From contig NC_068991.1 in the NCBI RefSeq assembly GCF_001194135.2, positions 16,774,618 through 16,820,138 of the forward strand: a stretch of 45,521 nucleotides of DNA, written 5' to 3'. Positions 1 to 11,695 of the stretch are shown piece after piece (within the stretch, counting starts at the first letter, position 1; each line of letters opens with the position of its first letter). The notes below the pieces were generated by a model. That model did no database searches. It was not told where the DNA came from and worked only from the letters and a program-made list of their open reading frames with translations. Source of the DNA: Octopus bimaculoides (Eukaryota). Position numbers and translations under genes: made by a program.

Positions 1-306
1 CGTGCAAGTGGCTGAGCACTCCACAGACACGTGTACCCTTAACGTAGTTCTCGGGGATATTCAGCGCGACACAGTGTGACAAGGCTGACCCTTTGAATTA
101 CAGGCACAACAGAAACAGGAAGAAAGAGTGAGAGAAAGTTGTGGTGAAAGAGTACAGCAGGGTTCGCCATCATCCCCTGCCGGAGCCTCGTGGAGCTTTA
201 GGTGTTTTCGCTCAATAAACACTCACAACGCCCGGTCTGGGAATTGAAACCGCGATCCTATGACCGCGAGTCCGCTGCCCTAACCACTGGGCCATTGCGC
301 CTCCAC
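1..306 (-). mobile_element. tRNA(Arg-like)-derived SINE, working family A, cut by the window edge
   Basis: Minus strand starts gtggaggcgcaatggcccagtggttaggg...ggtttcaattccc (Pol III A/B boxes). About 14 mismatches in 306 bp versus the copy at 8272-8577. Resembles Octopus OR-type SINEs (from recall). Confidence 0.85.
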
Positions 307-307
307 C

Positions 308-456
308 GGTTATCAGACTAGGTAGTGTTTGTATGTGGAAGACACACAGGATCCATAAAAACTTTAGACACTCGGGAAATTGATTCTCTCAAATGCCCTG
401 GTGGCTTATAAGAGGCAGTAGATAACTTTTGCTACCTAGGGGACCAAATTAGTGGT
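308..456 (+). pseudogene. RTE-clade LINE ORF fragment
   Basis: Reads VFVCGRHTG...DSLKCPGGL*EAVDNFCYLGDQISG, the RTE post-RT 'FCYLGD' region. Parallels 44280-44400. Confidence 0.65.
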
Positions 457-644
457 TGACTATGCTGGCATAGGTTGGATAGTTTGACCATAGCTAGGAA
501 GCTGGAGTGCTGCACCAGACTCTAGTCTGATTAGGCAATGGTTTCTATGGTTGAATTCCCTTCCTAATGCCAACAACTTTACACAACTTTTGTACCAACT
601 GATTTTGAAAACAATGAAGAATTTAGTAAAATAATTTTGTCATT

Positions 645-892
645 GTGGAGGCGCGTGGCTTAGTGGTTAGGGTGTCAGCATCATGATCGTAAGATTGTGG
701 TTTCGATTCCTGGACCGGGCTACGCATTGTGTTCTTGAGCAAAACACTTCATTTCACGTTGCTCCAGTCCACTCAGCTGGCAAAAATGAGTAACGCTGCG
801 ATGGACTGGCGTCCCGTCCAGCTGGGGAACACATACGCCATTGAAACCGGGAAACCGGGCCCATGAGCCTGGCTAGGCTTTGAAAGTGCACA
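645..892 (+). mobile_element. tRNA-derived SINE, working family B
   Basis: A box tggcttagtgg, B box ggtttcgattcc, CORE-like ttgtgttcttgagcaaaacactt, then gctgcgatggactggcgtcccgtcc tail. Related copies at 14776 and 32775. Confidence 0.8.
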
Positions 893-1542
893 TTTATTAT
901 TTTTTTAATTTTGTCATTATTAAACTGTGTTTGGAACATAAATTATCAGGAAATTTTGATGGAGGGTCTTAATTTCACTCACTCCAGAACAAGAAACATG
1001 TATCATAGAACCAAGGATGATCACAGGTGGTTTGAAATCAAAAGAATTAACTAATCCCTTCATCAATGAATGTAAATCCCACCAGATAGAATTCTTCTCC
1101 CCTCACACTGATATTTTCCGCCTTTTTTTTTTTTTTATATTTCTGCTGATATTGACTTAGATGTGTCCAGCATTGATCATCAACTGCAATTAATCAATAT
1201 TCATTGGTTTCAAAGTTCCAGCGGAGGTCATGAACACCTGCACCCACTCCACTCTTGAGTAAACTCCTAACAGAAATGAGCCTCTAAATAATCACTTGAC
1301 TCACAAAAAGAAGTAGCTAACTCTCTCTCTCTCAAATAATTGTCTTAAAAACAGGATACAGTACATAACATAATTCTTGATATAAGAGATGGGATGGTCA
1401 GTTAGAATACCAGTGATCATATATCTGTTCAATCAAAGCTGACCTGTGGCTAAACAGCTAAATCTAAGAGCACAGTAGGTCATTTAGTCATAGCTAAACC
1501 GTCTAAAATTGGTGCCTTGTGTAGTCCTGAATACACCATGTT

Positions 1543-1720
1543 AAAAGCATCTTGTACACTCTGTAAAGTGGTTGGCATTAGGAAGGGCACCCAGCCTTAG
1601 CAACCATGCTAAAGTAAATAGTAGAGTTTGGTTCAGTCCTTGGGCTTGCCAGCACCTGTCAAACCATCTGATCCATGCCAGCATGGAAGACAGATGTTAA
1701 ATGATAATGACAATGAAGAT
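1543..1720 (+). mobile_element. RTE-tailed non-autonomous element, working family D (3' part)
   Basis: gtggttggcattaggaagggca...ccatgccagcatggaa..gatgttaaatgat(gat)n. The motif recurs more than 10 times in the window (e.g. 460-590, 4447-4565, 7085-7295, 42445-42660). Confidence 0.7.
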
Positions 1721-1741
1721 CATATATATATATTTATACAC

Positions 1742-2150
1742 AGGCGCAGGAGTGGCTGTGTGGTAAGTAGCTTGCTTACCAACCACATGGTTCCGGGTTC
1801 AGTCCCACTGCATGGCACCTTGGGCAAGTGTCTACTACTATAACCTCGGGCCGACCAAAGCCTTGTGAGTGGATTTGGTAGACGGAAACTGAAAGAAGCC
1901 CGTCGTATATATGTATGCGTGTGTGTGTGTGTGTGTGTGTGTGTCTGTGTTTGTCCCCCCACCAACGCTTGACAACCGATGGTGGTGTGTTTACGTTCCC
2001 GTAACTTAGCAGTTTGGCAAAAAGAGACTGATAGAATAAGTACTAGGCTTACAAAGAATAAGCCCTGGGGTCGATTTTCTGAACTAAAGGCGGTGCTCCA
2101 GCATGGCCACAGTCAAAAGACTGAAACCAGTAAAAGAGTAAAGAGTAAAA
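1742..2150 (+). mobile_element. tRNA-derived SINE, working family C, full length with internal (TG)n
   Basis: Head gcaggagtggctgtgtggtaag...gggttcagtccc, CORE-like accttgggcaagtgtc, internal microsatellite, tail ...gaaaccagtaaaagagta. Near-identical organisation at 4577-4961 and 38423-38830. Confidence 0.85.
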
Positions 2151-2659
2151 GATATATATATATATATATGCATACACACACATATACATATATATTGTTG
2201 TATTTGGGGATGGTCATGTTGCCAATTTAGCCACTGAAAACACACGCACTATATATATATTTGGTGTTCACTTGCTTCAGCTTTATTTCATATTAATTGT
2301 ATTTCAGCTAGAGTTCTTTCCTAACACTTCTGTGACCTCATCAGTGGTCCTTTGCTTTCTTCTTTCGTTTTTTGTGTCACTCCTTCCTAACGATCTGCCA
2401 TTTTGTATTCCTGTTGTATGTGTCTTTATTTGCACATGCATGTATCCCTGTGTGTGTAGGAATGTGTATGGTACCTGCATTATCAGCATCCCATTTATTC
2501 ATTGCATTTAATTTTATTTTATTTATTTGTTTTTATATACTTCCTTTTACATTTCTTCTTTTTTTTTGTATTAATTTAATTTATTATATTTTGTTTACAT
2601 ATTTAATTTAATTTATTTATCTGTCTATTGTATTAGTTTCATATTATTATTAGTTTATG

Positions 2660-2698
<39 letters not shown>

Positions 2699-2755
2699 AC
2701 ATATATATCGAAAATAATGCAAAAGTTGTCATATCGAAAATAATTTGATATATAT

Positions 2756-3311
2756 CTTCACCCTAAAAAAGTCTTGCTTTGTGTCTGGTGGGATTGGAAA
2801 AAAATTCTGTACTATGAGCTTCTCCCAAGTAACCAGACAATTAATTCTGAGAAATATCGCACACAAATGGACGAGTTAAAAGTAGCAATTCAAGAGAAAC
2901 GTCCAGAATTGGCCAACAGGAAGGATGTTGTTTTCCAACATGATAATGCAAGACCGCACGTTTCTTTGGGAACCAAACAAAAATTGCTGCAGCTCGGCTG
3001 GGATGTGTTACCCCACCCTCCATATTCACCAGATATTGCTCCTTCGGATTTCTACTTATTCAGGTCTCTGCAGAATAGTCTTAATGGTAAAAATTTCAAT
3101 TCCTTGGATGACATAAAAAGATACCTTGATGAATTCTTTGCCATGAAACCACCTCAATTCTGGGTAAAGGGTATTTTCAAGTTAAAAGAAAGATGGAGAC
3201 GCATTGTGCAACAAAATGATTCATATTTGGTTGATTAAAAATGTAATGGCAAGTATTTATTGACCTTTCTCGTTCCTTTAAAAATCGGCACGAACTTTCC
3301 GGACAACCCAA
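2756..3311 (+). mobile_element. 5'-truncated mariner (DD34D, mellifera-subfamily-like) with right TIR
   Basis: Open frame 2756-3238: LHPKKVLLCVWWD...VFQHDNARPH...YSPDIAPSDFYLF, with exactly 34 aa between the 2nd and 3rd Asp. TIR aaaatcggcacgaactttccggacaacccaa (3281-3311) followed by TA. Confidence 0.92.
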
Positions 3312-4576
3312 TATTTATACATGTCTATGCATGTGTGTGAATGCATGAACTTCTGTGTATGAGTAGATACGCTTGTGTATTCATGTACACACTCTATTTA
3401 CATGCATGTGTACATATTTGCAGGTACTCTCATTTATGTGTGAGTATGCATGCATACATATTTTTTATTTATTATCTGTCAAATTATATATTTATTTATT
3501 TATCGAACGGTGTAACAAGCCAGGCATTTGGAAAATATGTGTTATCCACATGACATTGTAATTGTTTTTATAATTTGTTCCAGAACAATCCAGGGAAATA
3601 ACATTATCACCAATAAACCCTGTTGATTTGAAACCAGTCTGATAAGTGCCAATGCATGAAATTCTTGGCCCTTGAGTCACTCTGTAACTTCTGCTGATTC
3701 TATACACAAAATATATACACAAACACACACACATATATATACAAATATATGCATAGAAATAGATGTATGCATGTATATATATATATGTGTGTGTTTGTGT
3801 GTGTGTGTGTGTGTGTATGTATATATATATATATATATATATACCAAGATTGTCATGGCTAACTACCTTTGATCATAGTTTCGTTGAACCAAAGTAAAAC
3901 AACAAAAATACTAATTTAAAAGCGAAGGGAAAAACTAAGAAAAAAAAAAAAACAAATAACAAAAAACTCTCAACAATATCTGAACTTCCATTTCCATCGC
4001 TACAAAGAAATATCTGCATTATGGAAAACAAACAAACAAACAAAGATTGGACAGCAATAAATATTATTGATGTATCAATTAACCGCACTCTTGGGGTTTT
4101 GATGTTTAACCTACACTTTTATTCCAATTGCTGTTGAAACAAAATGTTTGATTTATGTAAAAGAGATTTCAGTAGGAATAATTTATGTTTACCATAATTT
4201 CCCCCACTCTTAACTGGTTTTTTTTTTTGTTTTTTAAATAATATTTTTTGTTTTTCTGATACATTATTTAGGACATTACTGAGAATGTTTAGCTGAAAAT
4301 ATTACCTCTCTTATGTGGTGAAATTGAAGTTCCTAACTCTTACTTGTGCAACCAGGTCTGCCGGATTAGAGCTGACCAGGGAGCAAAACAATAACAGTGT
4401 GCATGCATAATATGAAAGTTATATATGCATAACATGCATGTATCTGAAAAGCAGTTGGCATTAGGTAGGGCATCTAGCTGTAAAAGACCATGTTAAAACA
4501 GACAGCTCCTGTCAAACCATCTAACTCATGCCAGCATGAAAAATGGATGTTAAATGATGATGATGTACATATATAT

Positions 4577-4961
4577 TCTCTTTTACTTGTTTGAGTCTTT
4601 TGACTGTGGCCATGCTGGAGCACCGCCTTTTAGTCGAGCAAATTGACCCCAGAGCTTATTCTTTGGAAGCCTAGTACTTATTCTATCCGTCTCTTTTGCC
4701 GAACCGCTAAGTTACGGGGACGTAAACACACCAGCATCGGTTGTCAAGCGATGTTGGAGGGACAAACACAGACACAAACATACATATATATATATATACA
4801 CAATGGGCTTCTTTCAGTTTCCGTCTACCAAATCCACTCACAAGGCTTTGGTCGGCCCGAGGCTGTAGAAGACACTTGTCCAAGGTGCCACGCAGTGGGA
4901 ATGAACCCGGAACCATGTGGTTGGTAAGCAAGCTACTTACCACACAGCCACTCCTGCGCCT
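4577..4961 (-). mobile_element. SINE family C, full length
   Basis: Reverse complement of the 1742-2150 organisation. Confidence 0.85.
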
Positions 4962-5206
4962 ATATTTACAGATTTTTATTAATATATCACATGTTTTTAT
5001 AAATCATATATTAGCGCTTCCATCTTGCACTCATGATCGCTAGATTGTGATTCCAATTCCTAGACCGGGTGGTGCGTTGTGTTCTTGAGCAAGACACTTC
5101 ATCTCATGTTGCCCTGGAATCACTTTGATACCTGACTTGTGGTACACCGTGTATCTGTTCAGACAACATTTTGCAGTAAAATTATGTTGGATTCTTGTGT
5201 TCTTAT

Positions 5207-5276
5207 GTTAGAGTAGCTTACTTTAGAAAGCCTGTTTACAAGTGTAAACAGGCTTTCTAAAGTAAGCTACTCTAAC
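5207..5276. repeat. Perfect inverted repeat, 34-bp arms, 2-nt spacer
   Basis: gttagagtagcttactttagaaagcctgtttaca-ag-tgtaaacaggctttctaaagtaagctactctaac; arms checked base by base. Confidence 0.95.
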
Positions 5277-5309
5277 TGAACTGATACATATATTTATATA
5301 TATATATAT

Positions 5310-6005
5310 CATCCTCATCATCATTTAATGTCTGCTTTCCATGCTGGTATGGGTTAGATGGCCTGACAGGAACTAGTAAGCTAGAGAGCTGCACCAGGTT
5401 CCAGTCTGATTTGGCATGGTTTCTATGCCTGGATGCCTTTCCTATCACCAACCACTCCATGGTCGCTTTCTATGTGTCACTGGCACAGGTGCCATTTACA
5501 TGATACTGGCAATGGCCACAACTATGATTTCACTTAGCTTGATGAGTCTTCTCAAGCACAGCATATTGCCAAAGGTCTTGGTAACTTGTCCTCACTTCTG
5601 TGAGGCCCAACATTTGAAGATCATGCTTTACCACCTTATCGCTCGCCTCCGTGAGGTCCAACATTTCAAGATCATGCTACTGGCAACGGCCACAATTACG
5701 ATTTCATGGGTGCTGTTTACATGACACTGGCAATGGCCACAACTATGATTTCACTTGGCTTAATGAGTATTCTGAAGCACAGCATATCACCAAAAGTATA
5801 TCTTTTATCTTGTTTTGGTCATTTGACTGTGGCCATGCTGGGGTACCACTTTGAAGAACTTTTAGTCAAATGTATCAACACCAGTGCTTATTTTTTAAAG
5901 CCTAGTACTTATTCTATCGGTCTCTTTTGCTGAACTGCTTAGCTACAGGGATGTAAACACACCAGCACCAGTTGTCAAGGAGTGGTCGTGACACACACAG
6001 ATACA
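5310..6005 (-). mobile_element. Composite of family D element with internal duplication and family C 3' half
   Basis: D tail at 5310-5460. An ~85-bp unit (tttacatga.actggcaatggccacaactatgatttcac...) occurs at about 5495 and 5715. C 3' half at about 5803-6005. Confidence 0.6.
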
Positions 6006-6331
6006 AACACACAACAAGCTTTTCACTACACAGTCACATATGTAAAAAAGGCTGGAAGTCCAGAGACACTTATTGATGAGAATCAAGTTCACAAAGCTAT
6101 CATATTTTAGACATACAATACGCCATGAGTCATTGCCTAAGAGTATCCTGACAGGAAATGTTGAGGAAAAGAAAGTAAGTGGCTGTGAAAGACGTTTGTG
6201 AAGTGATGACATCAAATAATGAACAAGAAACATGAGGTGATTGTATGTTAATCAGCAGCCAACACAGAGAGAACTGGGGAATCCTAGCAAGCTGACTCTT
6301 GGAGGGAGGGCATGTGATTGAAGATATTATA

Positions 6332-6709
6332 TAGGTGCAGGAGTGGCTGTGGTAAGTAGCTTGCTTACCAACCACATGGTTCTGGGTTCAGTCCCACTGC
6401 ATGGCATCTTGGGCAAGTGTCTTCTACTATAGCCTCGGGCCAACCAAAGCCTTGTTGTGGAAGATACCGGTGTCATGCAAATAGCACCCATGCTGGTGGC
6501 ACATAAAAGCACCTCAGTGTTACGCAAATGTCACCCATGCTGGTGGTATGTAAAAGCATCCATTACACTCTCGGAGCGGTTGGCATTAGGAAGAGCATCC
6601 AACTGTAGAAAACCATGCCTAATAAGACTGGAGTCTGGTGCAGCCTTCCAGTGTGCCACCCCAGTCAAAACATCTAACCCAAGCCAGCATGGACAATTGA
6701 TGATGATGA

Positions 6710-6712
<3 letters not shown>
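6332..6712 (+). mobile_element. Family C head fused to family D body and tail
   Basis: C head 6332-6455 (to caaagccttg), then ggtggcac/aaaagcacc units, the D body and a (gat)n tail. Confidence 0.7.
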
Positions 6713-6796
<84 letters not shown>

Positions 6797-6861
6797 TACA
6801 CATATATACATATATACACACATATATATATATATATATATACACAGGCACACACACATAT
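6711..6861. repeat. (TA)n/(CA)n microsatellite
   Basis: Direct reading. Similar tracts at about 2640-2700, 3770-3842, 33500-33615, 34530-35200, 36195-36300 and 43345-43400. Confidence 0.95.
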
Positions 6862-8194
6862 ATTGTTGCCATCAGCAGAATTTCATAAACTTTTGAAAAA
6901 GCAAGAAAGAAGTCTTTTTTTGAACAGTGGATCTTGAAGCACATAAAGCTATAATAGCAGGTAAGTATTGGGTTAATAACAGCCTTTGATTTTTTCTATC
7001 CAAAATGGCTTTTCAACCTAATATTTACATACTATTATATAGTTACGTGAGCCTTGAAATTCACTGTTCCAAGAACCATAAAAGCACACACTGCTACAAA
7101 AAGCACCCATGCTGGTGCCATGTAAAAAGCACCCAGCACACTCTGTAAAGCGGTTGGCATTAGGAAAGGCATCTAGCTGTAGGAACCAAGCCACAACAGA
7201 GAAATGAAGCCTGGTGTAGCTCTCTGGCTGGGCAGCTCCTGTCAAACCATTGAACTCACACCAGCTTGGAGAATGGATGTTAAATGATGATGATGGTACA
7301 CACTATATTAAACACACACATATGTATGTACATATTTGTCTCCATAGCATTACTTAGCCTTTCTTTCTCTCTCTCTCACACACATACATATATAACACAT
7401 TCCTTTTTGGAGGTTAACTTTTCTGTTACTGGCAGAAGTGATAAATGAACCTTATATACGGTTGACTAGTTCGATAATTAATTTTCTCCACAAGACATGT
7501 ATCCACCTGGTGTCTAAGGAGGTAGATAGGAAAACTAGAACAATGAGGTTAAGCTTCATCCATTGTCAAACTCTCACTCGTATTTAACACTAGACTCAAT
7601 GTGGTTCATATTACTAACAAATATGTGTGCAATGCCCAATGTTGTCACTGAACAGTCAGTTATACTGAATAACACAGAAGTTGTGTATTCTTCAGGTGTT
7701 CTTGTATACATTCTTGTACACTTATTCTTTTTATTGTCTTGCTTTCAATCATTTTACCTCAACTGGCCAGTCTCTATTCAATGATGTTGGCTTCAAGGAT
7801 TTTAAATTTATCATATGGACCTGATACTTATTTTAGTCGGGTGCTTATTTCATTGATTTCTGCCAAGTCACGAGGGTTAAAGAAATAAACAAAGTACATT
7901 GTTTTTTTTTTAGAACAATGTAAACAGATACACAAATACACACACACACATACATTTGACAGCTTCTGCACAGTTTCTATGTATTAAATTCACTCACTAC
8001 AAGTATTAGTCAATCTGTGGTTATAGTAGAATTTGCTAAAGTCTGGGCATAGTGGTATCAAACCAGAAATCAAGTAGTTGCTAAGCAAATTTCGTATAGA
8101 CATAGCCATACAAGTGCCTGCCTATGTATGTATGCATGTATGTATGTATGTGTGTGTGTATTATCTATACAATCATCCTCTTTCTCTCTCTATA

Positions 8195-8577
8195 TTGTTG
8201 GCACTCCATCGCTTACGACGTCGACGGTTCCAGTTGACCCGATCAACGGAACAGCCTGCTCGTGAAATTAACGTGCAAGTGGCTGAGCACACCACAGACA
8301 CATGTACCCTTAACGTAATTCTCGGGGATATTCAGCGTGACACAGTGTGACAAGGCTGGCCCTTTGAATTACAGGAACAACAAAAACAGGAAGAAAGAGT
8401 GAAAGAAAGTTGTGGTGAAAGAGTACAGCACGGTTCGCCACCATCCCCTGTCGGAGCCTCGTGGAGCTTTAGGTGTTTTTGCTCAATAAACACTCACAAC
8501 GCCCGGTCTGGGAATTGAAACCGTGATCCTATGACCGCGAGTCCGCTGCCCTAACCACTGGGCCATTGTGCCTCCAC
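8195..8577 (-). mobile_element. SINE family A, full length with (AAC)n-type tail
   Basis: tRNA head at 8500-8577; 3' end ...gatggagtgccaacaa. Confidence 0.85.
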
Positions 8578-8596
8578 TTTCTCTATATATATAAAG

Positions 8597-8880
8597 AGTA
8601 AAGACCCCTTTGGTCATGAATGGCCATGGGATTGCACTAAGAAAGTTACCCTCTGAAGCAGAAGTCCAGGCAAAGTTGTTTATGGAAGACCAGCAATCCC
8701 CTATGCATACCAGCCCTCCCTCTCCATGCCACTGATGTTATCCAAGGCAAAGGCTGATACGGACTGGTGAACTGAAGCAATGTAAAATAAAATGTCTTGC
8801 TCAAGAAAACAACACACAGCCCTGTCCAGGAATCGAACTCACTACCTCGTGATTGTGAGCCTGAAGCTCTAACCACTGAT
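8597..8880 (-). mobile_element. Family B head with alternative 3' module (G)
   Basis: B-type head and CORE-like block at 8770-8880. The 3' module matches 32900-33105. Confidence 0.6.
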
Positions 8881-8909
8881 CTTTGCATCTTCACATGTGT
8901 GTGTGTACA

Positions 8910-9325
8910 TATCATCATCATTTTAATGTTCATTTTTCCATGATTGCATGGGTTGGACAGAATTCATTGAGGCAGATTATGACAGGATGCTCTTCTGGTC
9001 ACCAACCATCACCTGTTTTCAAGCTAAGTAATATTTTCCCATGGTTGGATATGTTTTCACAGAAAATTGAAAATGAAGGACATCACTTGAGTGATAGTGA
9101 TGCTTGTTTACAATTATCACACAAAGTCAAGACAGACAGACAGACACACACGCTCTCTCTCTCTCTCTCTCTCACACATACACAATGAGCTTTTTTTCAA
9201 TTTCTACTAATCAAATCTACTCACAAGGAGCTTATAGTAGAAGACATTTGCCCAAGGTGCCACTCAGTGGGACTGAACCTAAAATCATGTGGTTGAGAAG
9301 TAAATTTTTTAACCATACTGCCATG
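8910..9325 (-). mobile_element. Family C head + microsatellite + module F + RTE-like (GAT)n tail
   Basis: Same architecture at 27165-27490 (-) and 38935-39305 (+). Confidence 0.65.
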
Positions 9326-10225
9326 TCTATATCTATGTGTTTGTGTGTAAAATGCTTCTTGTAAACCGAATCTGTGATTCAGTTTCATTTTCTATTGCAA
9401 CCAATCTCATTCATTTCACCAATGCTCACTACACAGGCAAGGCATAAACATCACAACTTCTGTTTCTGTTCTACCAAATAATAGCATGCCTGACTGTTTT
9501 ATGAGAGAAGCAAAAATTCCCAGCTCCTGCATAACCATGACCCTTTTATTTCTCTTCTGTGTCTCACAGAATGTACAAAAGAGCACAACATGGGGATAAC
9601 TTGATACATCAGAGTTCAAAGAATATCAAATTATCCTTGACCTAACTTCTAACTTGTCTCTCATACTTAAGCATTGCTATCAAAATTTGACATGGATAAT
9701 GTTGCAGTTTGGGAAACTTCAATTATTCAATCATTGAAATGAGAATTAACTCTTTTGATATCAACACCACTTAGTCCTACAGCACGAACTTTCTGTTTTA
9801 AAATGATTTAAATTAAAACTTCCCATTAAAAATTTAATGTTAATTTATGCCAAACATCAGCTTAACAGTGACAAAGTTATATCCCAAAATTCTTCATTAT
9901 TTTAAAAATTAATTCAAGCAAATGCAGTGTATTTCAACTGATATCATCATCATCATCGTTTAACGTCCGCTTTCCATGCTAGCATGGGTTGGATGCACAG
10001 ATGGATCGAATAGACGCACATGATAGCAAAGCTACATTCTTGACCACACAGCTAGGTCTGTGTGAGTGCTTATTGTTACGCTAGCACCTATTACGGAAAG
10101 ACTTCCTCCAGTCCCCACCCCATTTCCTCGCAAATTAGTTTAAAAAAAAATTTTTTTTTTGCCAAAAACCCACGTTTTCGGATACGGAGATTCCGGAAAA
10201 TTGCCAAAAATTGGAATTTTGAAAT

Positions 10226-10377
10226 NNNNNNNNNNNNNNNNNNNNNNNNNNNNNNNNNNNNNNNNNNNNNNNNNNNNNNNNNNNNNNNNNNNNNNNNNNN
10301 NNNNNNNNNNNNNNNNNNNNNNNNNNNNNNNNNNNNNNNNNNNNNNNNNNNNNNNNNNNNNNNNNNNNNNNNNNNNN
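10226..10377. other. Assembly gap (N run)
   Basis: N run. Other gaps at 14669-14678, 20304-20330, 34598-35171 and 37203-37341. Confidence 1.
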
Positions 10378-11695
10378 GATTGTGTAGAAAAACAAAATAA
10401 ATAAATAAGGGTGTTTTTTCGGGGGCGGGGGTACAAAAAGAAGTCTTGCCCCTGTTACTCCCAAGTCAAATTTAATTCAGCAAATCAAAAATGTCCCAGT
10501 CGTGCCCATCCCATGTAAAGCACCTTTTCGATGCTTAATACAGTGAGGGGTTGATTTTGAAACTTGGTTGCTATTCCTAACAACTTGAACGACCTCATAC
10601 ATTCGTATATACTCTCTCGTTGCCTCTGTTGCCTTCGCAACATTTATCTGATACATATATAGTACAAAACCACATTAAAACACAAATCCCAAACCAAAGA
10701 AAACACAAACATAAACGAAGAAAGAAAAAAAAGAACTCTTTTTTTGGGATTTGTATTTTAACGAGGTTTTGTATTAGGTATATGTATGATATATACGTGT
10801 TATATATGTAATTATTATCTCTGTTGATAATAACAAGTGACATTTATCTGTGGGCGACTCAACGTGGACACTTGACCTCTTCTAGAAATAACAGCCAAAT
10901 CTTCACCATTTTACTTACACCCCACTGTCTGAAAATACATTACAAAGTGTGGTATTAAATATACAGGCGAACGGGGTTGCTATCGCTAATTCACGAGGGA
11001 AAGGGCACGGAATTATAACCGGGAATATTAAAAAAAATTTTAATTTTGGAAAAAAATAATTTCTTTCAGATTCGTAAAGCCCCAACAATCCCTAGAAATT
11101 TTCTTTCCCCAAGAAGTGTAAATAAAAGTTCTGAAAAACAAAAAAAAATATATATATAATAAAATAAAATAAGTGTGGCGGTTTCGTCGGCAATGTAAGG
11201 TGCGTTCAAGACTGACCTGCAGTTAAAATAAAAATAATGGTTTGTTTATTGTCCTACTCGCCAGTGTTTCCTCTTAATATAAAATAAGAAGCAATAACAA
11301 CCACTATTTAGTGTGTGTGTGCTCACCTTCAAACAGCAGATAGATTATAAACTCATGAAGTCGTCTCAGTTCTACTTTGGTAAACAAATAAGTTATGATG
11401 CAATTTAAATAATTTTCTTTTCCTTTGGCGCGCCAAGCTGTAAGGGAGATAACTCTATAGGAAAACATTTCTCTAGACTGATGTAATAATTTTTTTTTAG
11501 TGTTTTTTAGAGGCAGTTTAACTTGCAAAGACAGTTCGTTTAAATTGTAAAGAATTACTACAAAATGGATAGATCTACTCAAAGATTGTGATTGTTGTAC
11601 AAGATAAAAATATTCTCCTTTTACTAATTCCATTGAAAACATTCCCTGGAAATATGAAGCTCTATGCACACACACACACACATGTACATAATATA

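Noticed and set aside
230-306. tRNA-like sequences (also 645-720, 1742-1815, 8500-8577 and others) as tRNA genes
   Set aside because: They have A/B boxes but no proper acceptor stem or T-run terminator, and they continue into multi-copy SINE bodies.
2295-2350. Second hammerhead-like CUGAUGA on the minus strand
   Set aside because: Helix II pairs poorly, and no consistent helix III, NUH triplet or helix I could be drawn.
6457-6944. ORFs with YI/HT/CV runs (also 33439-33704, 34469-35273, 36084-36384, 42857-43270)
   Set aside because: Translations of dinucleotide microsatellites or N gaps.
10080-10470. Odd homopolymer-rich sequence and ORFs around the first gap
   Set aside because: Looks like low-quality contig-end sequence; the ORFs run through Ns.
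10600-10650. Possible minus-strand exon INVAKATEATREYIR
   Set aside because: It overlaps the 5' flank motif of repeat family I (cf. 30655-30675), and no homology was recognised.
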